Positions 21,474-32,430 of a DNA stretch of 64,000 nucleotides are shown here, in pieces. Position 1 is the stretch's first letter. Every line of letters starts with the position of its first letter. A model generated the notes under the pieces. It saw only the letters and a list, made by a program, of their open reading frames with translations. It was not told the origin of the DNA and ran no database searches. This DNA is from an uncultured Gemmataceae bacterium (lineage in GTDB: Bacteria > Planctomycetota > Planctomycetia > Gemmatales > Gemmataceae): contig CAVVPN010000003.1 of assembly GCA_963750165.1 (NCBI GenBank), forward strand, positions 2,592,001 through 2,656,000, read 5' to 3'. A program made the translations under genes and the position numbers.

Positions 21474-22507
21474 ATGCACCGCACTCGTCTGGCAGCCGTG
21501 GCGCTGCTCGGTCTGTTCGCCGGCGGCGTCGGCCTGCACGGCCAGGACAAGGTTGCCCCCGGCAAGGCCGGGCTGCCCGTTGGCCTGGTGGCCGCCGATG
21601 TCCAGGCCGCCGCCGCGTCCGTCGTCTGCTTCCTCGAAGGCCCGGCCGTGGACGCCGCGGGCAATATCTACTTCAGCGACATTTCCGGTAACCGTATTCT
21701 CAAACGCAGCCCCGACGGCAAGGTGACCGTCTTCCGCGCCGACAGCGGCCGCACCAACGGCAACACCTTCGACGCCCAGGGTCGTCTGCTCAGCTGCGAG
21801 GGCGCCGAGAACGGCCCCGGCGGCCGCCGCCGTGTCGTCCGCACCGACCTGAAGACCGGCAAGGTCACGGTCATCACCGAGCGCTTCGGAGGCAAGCGCT
21901 ACAACAGCCCCAATGACGTTGTGGTGGATCCGAGCGGCCGCATCTGGTTCACGGACCCGCGCTACGGCGCCGACCGCAGCGACCTGGAGATGACCGACGA
22001 GAGCGTCTATCGCGTGGACCCCGACGGCACCGTGACGCGCGTGCTGACGCAACCGCAGATCGACCGGCCCAACGGCCTCGCGATGACGCCGGACGGCAAG
22101 ACGTTGTACGTGATCGACAGCCATCCGAAGGTGGGCGGCAACCGCAAAATCTGGGCGTTCGCGGTGACGGCGGACGGCAGTTTGAAGGACCGGCGGCTGG
22201 TGTACGACTTCGGCAAGGGCCGCGGCGGCGACGGCATGCGCCTGGACAGCAAGGGCAATTTGTGGGTGGCCGCGGGCATCTACAACAAGCGCGGCCCCGG
22301 CGAGACGCTGGACGTGCCGACCGGCGTGTATGTGATTTCGCCGCAGGGCAAGCTGCTGGGCGCATCCCCACCCCGGAGGACCTGATCACCAACCTGGCGT
22401 TCGGCGGCGCGGACCGCAAGACGCTGTACGTCACCGCGGGCAAGACGCTGTATCAAATCCCGGTGAGCGTCGCGGGCTACAGCCTGTACCCGCCAACGGC
22501 GAAGTAG
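21474..22507 (+). CDS. SMP-30/gluconolactonase family protein (frameshift near 22360)
   Basis: Signal peptide, EGPA, NSPND, FTDP, PNGL, DGM; C-terminus TNLAFGG in the other frame. Confidence 0.88.
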
Positions 22508-22520
22508 CTGACGGATTACC

Positions 22521-22624
22521 GGAGTGGTAGCGGAAGTCGCCAGACTTCCGAAGCGCCGACTGGAGTGGTAGCGGAAGTCGCCAGACTTCCGAAGCGCCGA
22601 CGGAAGTCTGGCGACTTCCGCTAC
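22521..22624. repeat. REP-like array (GTAGCGGAAGTCGCCAGACTTCCG)
   Basis: Two direct copies at 41-bp period plus an inverted copy. Confidence 0.88.
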
Positions 22625-22680
22625 ACCGATTGGCCCGCGCTGAACTTGCTCGTCAACACCGCGTCGCTATACCATTCCGC

Positions 22681-23624
22681 ATGAAGACACTTGCCGAACT
22701 CCAGGCGATTCACGACCTGCCGCTGCCCGAGTTGATGCTGCGGGCCGCCGAGGTCCACCACACGCACCACCGCGCTGACGACATCCAGCGCTGCGCCCTC
22801 CTGAGCATCAAGACCGGCGGCTGCCCCGAGGACTGCGGCTACTGCGCCCAGAGCACCGCTTCGACACCGGCGTGCCGGCGACGGCGCTGCTGAGCGTCGC
22901 GGAGGTCACGGAGCGGGCGCGGCGGGCCAAGGAACTCGGGGCGACCCGCTTCTGCATGGGTGCGGCGTGGCGCTCCGCCAAGGACGGGCCGGCGTTCGAG
23001 CAGGTGCTCGACATGGTGCGGGCGGTGCGGGCGCTGGACCTGGAAGCGTGCGTCACCCTCGGCATGCTCACCGACGACCAGGCGAAGCGGCTGCGCGACG
23101 CGGGGCTGACCGCGTATAACCACAACCTCGACACCTCCAGAGATTTTTATCCGTCGATCATCTCGACGCGCACCTACGACGACCGCCTGGCGACGCTGCG
23201 GGCGGTCAGCAAGGCGGGCATCGCGGTCTGCTGCGGTGGCATCGTCGGCATGGGCGAAACAGTGCGCGACCGGCTGCAACTGCTGGCGGAGCTGGCGGCG
23301 CTGGAGCCGCCGCCGGAGAGCGTGCCGATCAACTGCCTCGTGCCCATCACCGGCACGCCGCTGGAACAGGCGCCGCCGATCGACTCCATCGAACTGGTAC
23401 GGCTGATCGCCACGGCGCGGATCGCGTTTCCACGGGCGCGCGTCCGCCTCAGCGCCGGCCGCGACCGCATGAGCCGCGAACTGCAAATCCTCTGCTTCCT
23501 CGCGGGGGCCAACTCGATTTTCTTCGGCGAAAAACTGCTGACGGCCCCGAACCCGGACGCCAGCGCCGACGCCGACTTGTTCCGCGCGATGGGCCTGCCC
23601 GTCCTCGCCCCCGCCGCGCCATGA
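22681..23624 (+). CDS. bioB: Biotin synthase (frameshift near 22856)
   Basis: CPEDCGYC radical SAM motif, [21 protein letters not shown]. Confidence 0.93.
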
Positions 23625-24736
23625 GCCTGTTCGCACGCTGGGCCGCCACGCTGGACCGGCTGCGCGCCGCGGGCCGCTACCGCGATCTGGCCACGCCGCA
23701 CGGCATCGACTTCACGTCCAATGATTACCTGGGCTATGCGAAGTTGCCGCCCGAGACGGCCGCCACGGAGTTGGCCCGAAGCGGCACGGCGTCGCGGCTA
23801 TTGCGCGGCCAGCATCCGATCTGGGAGCGGGTCGAAACTGCGCTGGCCGCCTGGCACGGCGCAGAGGCGGCCCTGCTGCTGACCAGCGGCTACGTCGCCA
23901 ACGAGGGCCTGCTCTCGACCGTCCTTGAATCGACGGACTGGGTCGCCTCCGACGCCCTGAACCACGCTTCGATCATTGATGGCCTGCGTCTCAGCAAGGC
24001 GGAGCGCTTCATCTACCGGCACCTCGACCTGGACCACCTGGAGAGCGGTTTGGCGGCGGTCGCGCGCGGGCGAACGGCGGATCGGCAGCTGTTCGTCGTG
24101 ACGGAATCGCTGTTCAGCATGGAGGGGGACGCGGCGCCGCTGGCGGAGCTGGCGGCCCTGGCCCGCCGCCACGGCGCCCACCTCATCGTGGACGAGGCGC
24201 ATTCGACCGGCTGTTTCGGCGCCGCGGGCTCGGGCCTGGTGGACGCGGCGGGGCTGCGCGGCGACGTGCTGGCGACCGTCCACACCGGCGGCAAGGCGCT
24301 GGGCGTCGCCGGGGCGTACATCTGCGGGCCGCCGTCGCTGCGCGAGTTGCTGGTGAATCGCTGCCGGCAGTTCATCTTCACGACGGCCCTACCGCCGTTG
24401 CTGGGAGCATGGTGGCTGGAGGCGTTGGCGCGCGTCCGCGAGGACGCCGCCGGCCGGGCGCGGCTGCACGACAACGCCGAGCTGTTTCGCCAGGAACTGG
24501 CGCGGCACGGCAGCGCGGCCCTGGGCGCGCATTACCTGGTGCCGGTGCTGATCGGTGACGACAACCGGGCAGTGGCGGCGGCGCGGCGATTGCAAGCGGC
24601 CGGCTTCGACCTGCGTGCCGTCCGACCGCCGACGGTGCCGCCGGGCACGGCTCGGTTGCGCGTGTCGGTCCACGCCGACCACACGCGCACGGAGTTGATC
24701 GGCTGTGCCGCGGCCATCGCGGAGGCGCTGCGATGA
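23621..24736 (+). CDS. bioF: 8-amino-7-oxononanoate synthase
   Basis: [31 protein letters not shown]. Confidence 0.93.
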   Translation: MSLFARWAATLDRLRAAGRYRDLATPHGIDFTSNDYLGYAKLPPETAATELARSGTASRLLRGQHPIWERVETALAAWHGAEAALLLTSGYVANEGLLSTVLESTDWVASDALNHASIIDGLRLSKAERFIYRHLDLDHLESGLAAVARGRTADRQLFVVTESLFSMEGDAAPLAELAALARRHGAHLIVDEAHSTGCFGAAGSGLVDAAGLRGDVLATVHTGGKALGVAGAYICGPPSLRELLVNRCRQFIFTTALPPLLGAWWLEALARVREDAAGRARLHDNAELFRQELARHGSAALGAHYLVPVLIGDDNRAVAAARRLQAAGFDLRAVRPPTVPPGTARLRVSVHADHTRTELIGCAAAIAEALR

Positions 24737-26628
24737 GCGATTTCATTGTGCTCGGCACCGACACCGACGCGGGCAAGACGACGTTCGCACTGCTGTGGCT
24801 GGCGGCGTTCGCAGACGAGTATGCGTACTGGAAGCCGCTCGAAACCGGCGCGTCCGACAGTGACACCCTGCGGTCCCTGGTGCCCGGCGCCACGGTTCAC
24901 CCGCCGCTGGCGTCGTTTCAGAGTCCGGTCGCGCCGCTGCTGGCGGCGATTCAGTCCGGGGGCACGGTCCCCAGCGCCGCCGCCATCGCCGCGTCCCGCC
25001 CCGCCGCACATCCCCTGCTCATCGAAACCTTTGGCGGCCCGTTCTCTCCACTGAACGCTGACGAGCTGCAGACGGAATTGGTGCGGCGACTGGCTCTGCC
25101 GTGTGTACTGGTGACACCGTCGCGCGTCGGCGCCATCGGCCGCACCCTGCAATGTCTGGAAGCATTGCAGTCGCACAGCCTTTATCCCGCCGCGGTCGTG
25201 CTGCTGGGGCCGCCGGACGACTTCGCGGTCGAGCAGATCGCCCGGCACCGCCCGCACCTGCCCGTCTTCGGCGTCGAGCCGCCTGCCGCCTGGCAGCCCG
25301 AATCCGTCGCCGCCGCGGCCCAGCGGCAGCGCCCGATCCTGGACGCCCTCCGCGCCTGCCTGCCGCCGCCGACCGACACAACCGCGGAGTGGGTCGCGCG
25401 CGACCGCCGCGCCGTCTGGCACCCGTACACATCGCTGGCCGAGCCGGACGCGCCGCTGGTGGCGGTCGCGGCGCAGGACGAGTTCATCACCCTGGCCGAC
25501 GGCCGCCGCGTCATTGACGGCATTTCCTCGTGGTGGACGATCCTGCACGGCCACCGCCACCCGGTACTGCTGGAGGCGCTGCGGCAGGCGCTGGCGGTCT
25601 TCGATCACGTCCACTTCGCCGGCGTCACGCACTCCCCGGCGGTCGAGCTGGCGGAGCTGCTGCTGCACAGCGCCCCGTGGCCGTCCGGCGGCCGCGTCTT
25701 CTACTCGGACAACGGCAGCACCGCGGTCGAGGTGGCGCTGAAGCTGGCGTATCAATTCTGGTGCCACCAGGGCGAGTTGCAACGGACCTGCTTCATCGGC
25801 TTCGAGCACGGCTACCACGGCGATACCTTCGGCGCCATGGCGCTGAGCCGCGACCCGGTGTTCTTCGGCCGCTTCGAGCCGCTGCTGTTCGAGGCGGAGA
25901 TGGTGCCGGTGTCGGCGGAGCGGCTGGACGCGGCGCTGACGCGGCGGGCGGGCCGGGTGGCGGCGGTGCTGCTGGAGCCGCTGGTGCAGGGCGCCGGCGG
26001 CATGCGCATGCATACGCCGGACGAACTGCGGGCCATCGCCGAGGTGACGCGGCGGCACGGCGTGCTGTTCATCGCGGATGAGGTGATGACGTGCGGCCGC
26101 ACCGGCACGGTCTGGGCGCACACGGCGGCGGGCGTGGCGCCGGACCTGATCTGCGCCGCCAAGACGCTGACGGGTGGCATGCTGCCGCTGGCCGCGACGC
26201 TGGCGGCGCCGCACATCGTCGAAGCGTGGCAGACGAGCGACCCGGCGCGGACGTTCTTCCACGGCCACTCGTTCACGGCGCATCCGCCGGCCTGTGCGGT
26301 CGCCATCGCCAGCTGGCGGCTGCTGCTGGAGCGGGGACTGCAGGAGGCGCGGCGCATCGAGGCGTTCTGGCGACAGGCGCTGCCGCCGCTGCGGGAGGCG
26401 CCAGGCGTGCGCGACGTGCGCGTGTGCGGCAGCATCGCCGCGGTGGAACTGGACGTGGCGGGCGGTTATCTGGCCGACGTGGGGCGTGAACTGCGACGGC
26501 GCTGTCTGGAGCAGGGCGTATTGCTGCGGCCGCTGGGCAACGTGCTGTATGCGCTGCCGCCGTTGTGTACGTCGGCGGAGTCGCTATGCCGCATTGCCGC
26601 GGCCATCGCGATGGCGGTACAATCCTGA
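24733..26628 (+). CDS. bioDA: Fused dethiobiotin synthetase / DAPA aminotransferase
   Basis: N-term GTDTDAGKT, WKP, IETFGG; C-term WHPYT, SSWW, YHGDT, ADEVMT in one frame. Confidence 0.9.
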   Translation: MSDFIVLGTDTDAGKTTFALLWLAAFADEYAYWKPLETGASDSDTLRSLVPGATVHPPLASFQSPVAPLLAAIQSGGTVPSAAAIAASRPAAHPLLIETFGGPFSPLNADELQTELVRRLALPCVLVTPSRVGAIGRTLQCLEALQSHSLYPAAVVLLGPPDDFAVEQIARHRPHLPVFGVEPPAAWQPESVAAAAQRQRPILDALRACLPPPTDTTAEWVARDRRAVWHPYTSLAEPDAPLVAVAAQDEFITLADGRRVIDGISSWWTILHGHRHPVLLEALRQALAVFDHVHFAGVTHSPAVELAELLLHSAPWPSGGRVFYSDNGSTAVEVALKLAYQFWCHQGELQRTCFIGFEHGYHGDTFGAMALSRDPVFFGRFEPLLFEAEMVPVSAERLDAALTRRAGRVAAVLLEPLVQGAGGMRMHTPDELRAIAEVTRRHGVLFIADEVMTCGRTGTVWAHTAAGVAPDLICAAKTLTGGMLPLAATLAAPHIVEAWQTSDPARTFFHGHSFTAHPPACAVAIASWRLLLERGLQEARRIEAFWRQALPPLREAPGVRDVRVCGSIAAVELDVAGGYLADVGRELRRRCLEQGVLLRPLGNVLYALPPLCTSAESLCRIAAAIAMAVQS

Positions 26629-26664
26629 CGGAAACCGTGCGCTGATTTCCGGGGAGAAATGGTC

Positions 26665-27352
26665 ATGCCGATTCACGATTGGTCGCACGTAGATGCTGGG
26701 ATTTTCCACGCCTTCCACCAGCAGTGGCTCATTTCACTTACCAACGCGCTGAATAGTGGCGTTCTGCCATCGGATTACTACGCACTACCAGAACAGCACG
26801 CGGCCGGGTTTGGGCCGGATGTCCTGACTTTGCAAGGCGCAGGAGGACAACAACGAACCGGCGAGCGAGACGGACATGGAGTTCTACCGCCGCAAGCAGA
26901 AGCCCATCGTCGTCCGCCACGTCAGCGGTGATCGTGTCGTGGCCATGATCGAGATCGTCTCGCCTGGCAACAAGTCCAACCGCAATGCCCTCCGCTCATT
27001 CGTCGAAAAGGCGGCCGAACTGCTCGACCAGCGGATTCACCTGCTGATTATCGACCTGCTGCCGCCCGGCCGCCGCGACCCGCAGGGCATCCACGCCGCC
27101 CTCTGGGAGTACATCGCCGGCCAGGAATACGAGCCGGCCGCCGGCAAGCCATTGACGCTGGCGGCTTACGAAACAGTCCTGACTGTGCGGGCGTTCGTCC
27201 AGCCCGTGGCGGTCGGCGACACGCTGCCCGACATGCCGCTGTTCCTGGAGCCGAACGGCTGCGTGCCCGCGCCGCTGGAGGCCACCTATCAGACCGCCTT
27301 CGCTGCCATGCCGCGGCGCTGGCGGCGCGTCCTGGAAGCGCCGGCCTCCTGA
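26665..27352 (+). CDS. DUF4058 family protein (frameshift or small deletion near 26850)
   Basis: MPIHDWSHVDAGIFHAFH; IEIVSPGNK; LPDMPLFL; LEATY. Confidence 0.8.
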
Positions 27353-27422
27353 CCGGTCAGCAGCGACGCCGGAGGAACCGAAGCGTCCCAGTTTATTCCC
27401 CTGAATGCCAAAAGGATCGTCC

Positions 27423-28340
27423 ATGCCTTCCAACGATTTCCGCCTGCCGGACGACTTCCCCGACCTGTCGCTTCCGGAGCGCACCGACAAGCCCGCCGAG
27501 CCCGCTCACCCGGCGGCTCCCCGCGCTCCGTCTGGCTGGCGCGTCGGCGACCGCGTCCTGGCGCCGTGGGAGCCGCAGTTCCTCTACGCCGGCCGCGTCG
27601 CCCAGCTCGACGGCAACCGCGCCCTCATCCAGTTCGACGACGGCGACGCCGGCTGGGTCGTGGCCGAGCAAATCCTGCCATTGACCATCCCGAAAGGGCA
27701 AAAAGTCCTCAGCCGCAAGCGCATGGGCCAGGCATTCTTCCCCGGCGAGATCCGCGAGGTGCGCGGCGACGAGGTGCTGGTCGTCTTCGCCGACGGCGGC
27801 GAGGAATGGACGCGCGTCGGCGCCCTCCGCATTCCCTGCCAGCCGCGCGGCGGAGCGACGCCCACCCAGGTCGCCTCGCACCTGGCCTTCCTGCAACACC
27901 TGCAGCCCGGCGACCGCGTCTCGGCGCCCTCGGCCGGCGACCTGCTCCGCGTCGGCAGCGTCCACCTGATCGAGGAGCGGCAGGCCTACATTCGGTTCGA
28001 CGACGGCAGCCGAAGCTGGGTGCCCCTTGAGCAACTCGTACCATTGCAGATCCCCGTCGGGCTGCGGGTGCTGGGGCGGTGGCGGATGGGCCGCGATTTC
28101 CACCCGGGCACGGTCGCCGAGGTGGACGGCGACCGGATTTATCTGCGCTACGATGATGGCAACGTGGAATGGACCACGCCCGCGGCCCTGGCGCTGCCCA
28201 CCCAGTCCATCGACCCGAGCGCCCACCCCGCCCGGCAGGACGTCCCCGTGCAGCAGGGCTCGGGCGGTCGGGGGAAGTGGTTCTGGATCGTCATCGTGAT
28301 CTGGATCCTGGGCTCGGTGCTACGCGCGTGCAGCCGCTGA
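27423..28340 (+). CDS. Four Tudor/SH3-barrel repeats with C-terminal TM anchor
   Basis: Repeated GxRVL..W...Y/FxG.V......I.FDDG...W pattern x4; hydrophobic WFWIVIVIWIL. Confidence 0.75.
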   Translation: MPSNDFRLPDDFPDLSLPERTDKPAEPAHPAAPRAPSGWRVGDRVLAPWEPQFLYAGRVAQLDGNRALIQFDDGDAGWVVAEQILPLTIPKGQKVLSRKRMGQAFFPGEIREVRGDEVLVVFADGGEEWTRVGALRIPCQPRGGATPTQVASHLAFLQHLQPGDRVSAPSAGDLLRVGSVHLIEERQAYIRFDDGSRSWVPLEQLVPLQIPVGLRVLGRWRMGRDFHPGTVAEVDGDRIYLRYDDGNVEWTTPAALALPTQSIDPSAHPARQDVPVQQGSGGRGKWFWIVIVIWILGSVLRACSR

Positions 28341-28451
28341 GGCCGCGCCGCCGGATTGCCCTTGCCGCCGCGGCCGCGTTCTGCGAAGCAATACCAGGGG
28401 CGCCGCGGGACCGCCCTCACCGCATGAACCGCCCCGCGAGTGAGGCCGCGC

Positions 28452-30261
28452 ATGACCGTGTTGCTGAGCGTCCAGGGGCTGACCAGGGGTTTCGGGCCCC
28501 GGCCGCTGTTCACCGATCTGTCCCTCGACCTCCGCGCCGGCGAGCGCGTCGGCCTCATCGGCCCCAACGGCTCCGGCAAAACGACGCTGCTGCGGTTGCT
28601 GGCCGGCCTCGACGAGCCCGACGCCGGCAACCGTGCCCTGCGCCGCGGCGCCCGCCTCGGCTACGTCCCGCAGGACGACACCTTCCCGCCCGGCCAGTCC
28701 GCCCGCGCCGCCGTGCTCGCCGCCCTGGCCGCGGAGCCTGGCGAGGAGCACGAGCACGAAACCCGGGCTGCCATCGCGCTGACGCAGGTGGGCTTCGCCG
28801 ACCCGGACCAGGCCGCCGACACGCTCTCTGGCGGCTGGCGCAAACGGCTGGCGCTGGCCCGCGCCCTGGTCCTGCGGCCCGAACTGCTGCTGCTCGACGA
28901 GCCCACCAACCATCTCGATTTGCCGGCCGTCGCCTGGCTGGAGCGGTTGCTGCAGGGGGCCCCCTTCGGCTACGTCGTCGCCACGCACGACCGGGCTTTC
29001 CTGCGCGGTCGCCGGCGAGGTCATCGAGATCAACTGCGCTTACCCCGGCGGCTACTTCCGCGCGGCCGGCCCCTACGACGACTTCGCCGAGCGGCGCGCG
29101 CAGTTTTTGGAAGCGCAGGCACGGCGTGAGGAGTCGGTCGCCAACCAGGTACGCCGCGAGACAGAGTGGCTGGGCCGCAAGGAATCCGCCCAGCGCAGCA
29201 AGTCCGCGGCACGCATCGCGGACGCCGCCCAGCGCCGCCAGGAACTTGCGGAATTGCGCTACCGCAATTCCGCCGGCGGCGCCGCGGGCATTGATTTTGT
29301 CGGCACTGGCCGGCAGTCGCGCAAGCTGCTGACCGCGATCGGGCTGGCGAAGGCGCTCGGCGGCCGGCCGCTGTTCGCGGGGCTCGACCTGCTGCTGACG
29401 CCCGGCACCCGGCTCGGCGTGCTCGGCGCCAACGGCAGCGGCAAGAGCACACTGCTGCGCGTGCTGGCGGGCGAGCTGGCCCCGGACGCCGGCACCGTCA
29501 CGCGGGCCGAGGGGCTGCGGGCGGTGATGTTCGAGCAAGGTCGGGCCAGCCTGGACCCGGCGGCGCCGCTGCGGAAGGCGCTGTGCCCCAATGGCGACAC
29601 CGTGGTTTATCGTGGGAAATCGCTGCACGTGATCGCCTGGGCGAAGCAGTTCCTGTTCCGCGAGGAGCAGATGGACGTGCCGGTGGACGACCTGTCCGGC
29701 GGCGAGCAGGCGCGCGTGCGCATCGCCCAGCTGATGCTGCGGCCGGCCGACCTGCTGCTGCTCGACGAGCCAACCAACGATCTGGACATCCCGGCGCTGG
29801 AGGTGCTGGAAGAGAGCTTGACGGAGTTCCCCGGGGCGCTGGCGGTGGTGAGCCACGACCGCGAATTGCTGGACCGTGTGTGTACGGAGGTGGTCGGGCT
29901 GGACGGCCGCGGCGGCTCGGCGATGTACGGCAGCGTCGGGCAGTGGCTGACGGCCTACGAGCGCGCGGCGGCAGAAGCGGCGGAGGCGGCCAGGCCCGCG
30001 GCGGCAGCGGCGCCCCGGCCGGCGACCGCGGCCGTAAAGCCGCGCCGCCTCAGCTACCGCGAGCAGCAGGAACTGGAGCAGATGGAGGCCGCCATCCTCG
30101 CCGCCGAGGAAACGGTGGTCGAGCGCCAGACGGCGGTCGAGCGGGCGGCGACCGCGGGACACGTCGCGCTGGCGGACGCCTGCCGGGCGCTGGAGGAGGC
30201 GCAGCGGACGGTCGAGCGGCTGTACGAGCGCTGGCAGGAGCTGGAGGCGCGGCGCACATGA
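28452..30261 (+). CDS. ABC-F family ATPase (Uup-like; frameshift near 29007)
   Basis: Two GxNGSGKT/S, LSGG, LLLDEPTN; C-terminal LSYREQQEL. Confidence 0.9.
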
Positions 30262-32066
30262 CTGTAGATGAACGATTCCTGCAAGCGATCCGGAACCAGC
30301 CGGACGACGACGCGCCGCGGCTCATCTTCGCCGACTGGTTGGAGGAGCACGGCCGGGCCGAGCAAGCCGAGTTCATCCGCGTTCAGTGTGCGCTGGCAAC
30401 CGCGGCGGAGCACGAGCCGGGGCGAAACGAGCTACTGGCTCGTACTGAAGAACTCCAGAGCCGGCATGAGGTTGACTGGCAGGCAAGACTACCCGAGATC
30501 CCTGGGGTGACCTGGCTTTCGTTCCGGCGGGGTTTTCCCGACGCTATCGAGGCGGATGAGCCCGCAACTTTCCTGCGCTACGCCTCACGTATCTTCGCCG
30601 CCGCGCCGGTCCAGCAGGTCCGATTTTTCTCGTGTCCTGACGACCAGGCGGAGGAGTTGGCGCGCTCCCCCTACCTGGCTCGTCTGGCCACCCTGGACCT
30701 GAACTCCGCCGCCTTCGGCGAACGGGGCCTGTCATCCTTTTGGCATTCCCCACACCTCCGTGGTCTGCGCTCCCTGCTGTTGGCCGACACCGAACCGGGT
30801 TTGGCAGTCATCGAAGAACTGGCATCCTCCACCGTTCTGCCTGGGCTTGCGACCCTGGACCTGCGGCACAACATGCTCGACGACACCCACGTGCAAATGT
30901 TGGCGACGGGCCGCCACTTGCCGGGGTTGCGTCGCCTCCGTCTGGCCCGCAACGGCATCGGCGACGAGGGCCTGCAGGCGCTGGCGTCCGCGCCGTTCCT
31001 TGCCGGGCTCACACACCTGGACCTCTCCGAGACGTCTGTCGGTAACGAGGGCTTGCAGATACTGGCACACTCGAGGCGCGCTTCGGGATTGCAATCGCTG
31101 GACCTCGCCGAGGACCTGGATGTCGGCGATGCGGGCGTGATGGCACTGGTGGCGTCCGATTGGCGGGCGCTGACCAGTCTCCGCTTGAACGGCACGCAGA
31201 TCGGTCCCAACGGGGTTGCCGCGCTGGCGGCCTCGGCCGTGGTGGAGCGCTTGCGCTACCTGGACCTCGGTTCCCTGGAACTGAATCATGCTGCCATCCA
31301 ACGCCTGGCAACTTCCCGCTTCCTGAGCGGCTTGACACGCCTGGGCCTGTCCATGAGCGGGTTGGGGGACGAGGACGCAATCCTGCTGGCCACCTCGCCG
31401 GTGTTGCACTCCCTCCGCGAGCTGGATCTCAGCTTCAACGGCATCGGCGACCCGGGTGTACGGCGGCTCGCCTTGAGCGCGCCGCTCAGTGGCCTGGAAT
31501 CATTGGCACTGGAGAGCACCCAGCTGGGATGGGCCGGGGCAGAAGCCCTGGCCGGCACGGAGTGCTTGACCGGGTTGAGGAAGTTGGGCGTCGGGTACAA
31601 CGCCATCGGTGTCGCGGGGGCGAAGGCACTGGTGGCCTCCCCCCGGTTGCAGCGGGTCACGAACCTGAACCTGAACAGTACCACGCTGAGCCCCACCGGA
31701 CTCGCGGAACTCCTTGAACTGCCGGAGGTCTCCCGCTTGCGGACGCTGGAATTGTGTGGTAACGAACTGGGGGATGAAGGCTGCCAGGCGCTGGCGCGTT
31801 GCCCACACCTGGCGTCCTTAAGGACGCTCTGGCTCAGCAGCAACGGCATTGGGGACGCCGGGGCGATCGCCCTGGCCCGATCGTCGCACCTGGGCTCGTT
31901 GATTCGCCTGCACCTGTACAACAACAAGATCGCCGACGCCGGCGCCCAGGCACTGGCAGACTCGCACGACCTGGCGCGCCTGCGCACCGTGGACCTGCGG
32001 CATAATCAGGTTGGGCCGGCGTCCTTTGCCCTGTCGAAGCGCTTTGACAGTCAAAGCTTGTGGTAG
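30258..32066 (+). CDS. TIGR02996-domain leucine-rich repeat protein
   Basis: PDDDAPRLIFADWLEE..AEFIRVQC, FRRGF, then roughly 15 LxxLxLxxNxIGDxG repeats; ATGA overlap. Confidence 0.9.
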   Translation: MTVDERFLQAIRNQPDDDAPRLIFADWLEEHGRAEQAEFIRVQCALATAAEHEPGRNELLARTEELQSRHEVDWQARLPEIPGVTWLSFRRGFPDAIEADEPATFLRYASRIFAAAPVQQVRFFSCPDDQAEELARSPYLARLATLDLNSAAFGERGLSSFWHSPHLRGLRSLLLADTEPGLAVIEELASSTVLPGLATLDLRHNMLDDTHVQMLATGRHLPGLRRLRLARNGIGDEGLQALASAPFLAGLTHLDLSETSVGNEGLQILAHSRRASGLQSLDLAEDLDVGDAGVMALVASDWRALTSLRLNGTQIGPNGVAALAASAVVERLRYLDLGSLELNHAAIQRLATSRFLSGLTRLGLSMSGLGDEDAILLATSPVLHSLRELDLSFNGIGDPGVRRLALSAPLSGLESLALESTQLGWAGAEALAGTECLTGLRKLGVGYNAIGVAGAKALVASPRLQRVTNLNLNSTTLSPTGLAELLELPEVSRLRTLELCGNELGDEGCQALARCPHLASLRTLWLSSNGIGDAGAIALARSSHLGSLIRLHLYNNKIADAGAQALADSHDLARLRTVDLRHNQVGPASFALSKRFDSQSLW

Positions 32067-32430
32067 GACACGCCAGGTATCGGTTGCGGTGTGACGATCA
32101 GCGTGAACTCTTCCCACCATTCTACCTGATTCGGTTGGATGCGCAATGTCCGGCTCGCAAAATCTTGGCGCTCTTGGCACCCTTGCGCGACCCGACAGAG
32201 GCAGGCTTCCGCCGGCGCCGCCCGGCACGTCCGTTTGGCGCCGCGCGGCACGCGCCCTCCTGGCAACCTTGGCACCCTTGCGCAGCCCGGCAACGGACAG
32301 CCCGGCAAGGCACTACATCCGGCCTTCGTGCCGCGCCCACCCGACATCGCCTGGCACTCGCATCCGCGTCCAGATGAGAGGCGCGCCGCGTGGCCATGTG
32401 GCCATGTTACTCGAACCGACACGCCAGCGT

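Noticed and set aside
22850..22875. Programmed frameshifting in bioB or other split genes
   Set aside because: No slippery heptamer or consistent signal; sequencing error is simpler.
29583..30257. N-terminal extension of the LRR protein
   Set aside because: Off-frame overlap with the ABC-F gene; the TIGR02996 domain starts at 30258.
32160..32290. TTGGCACCCTTGCG repeats and the related AAGGGAGCC x3 at 43944-43972
   Set aside because: Short degenerate repeats with no supportable ORF or structure; noted only.
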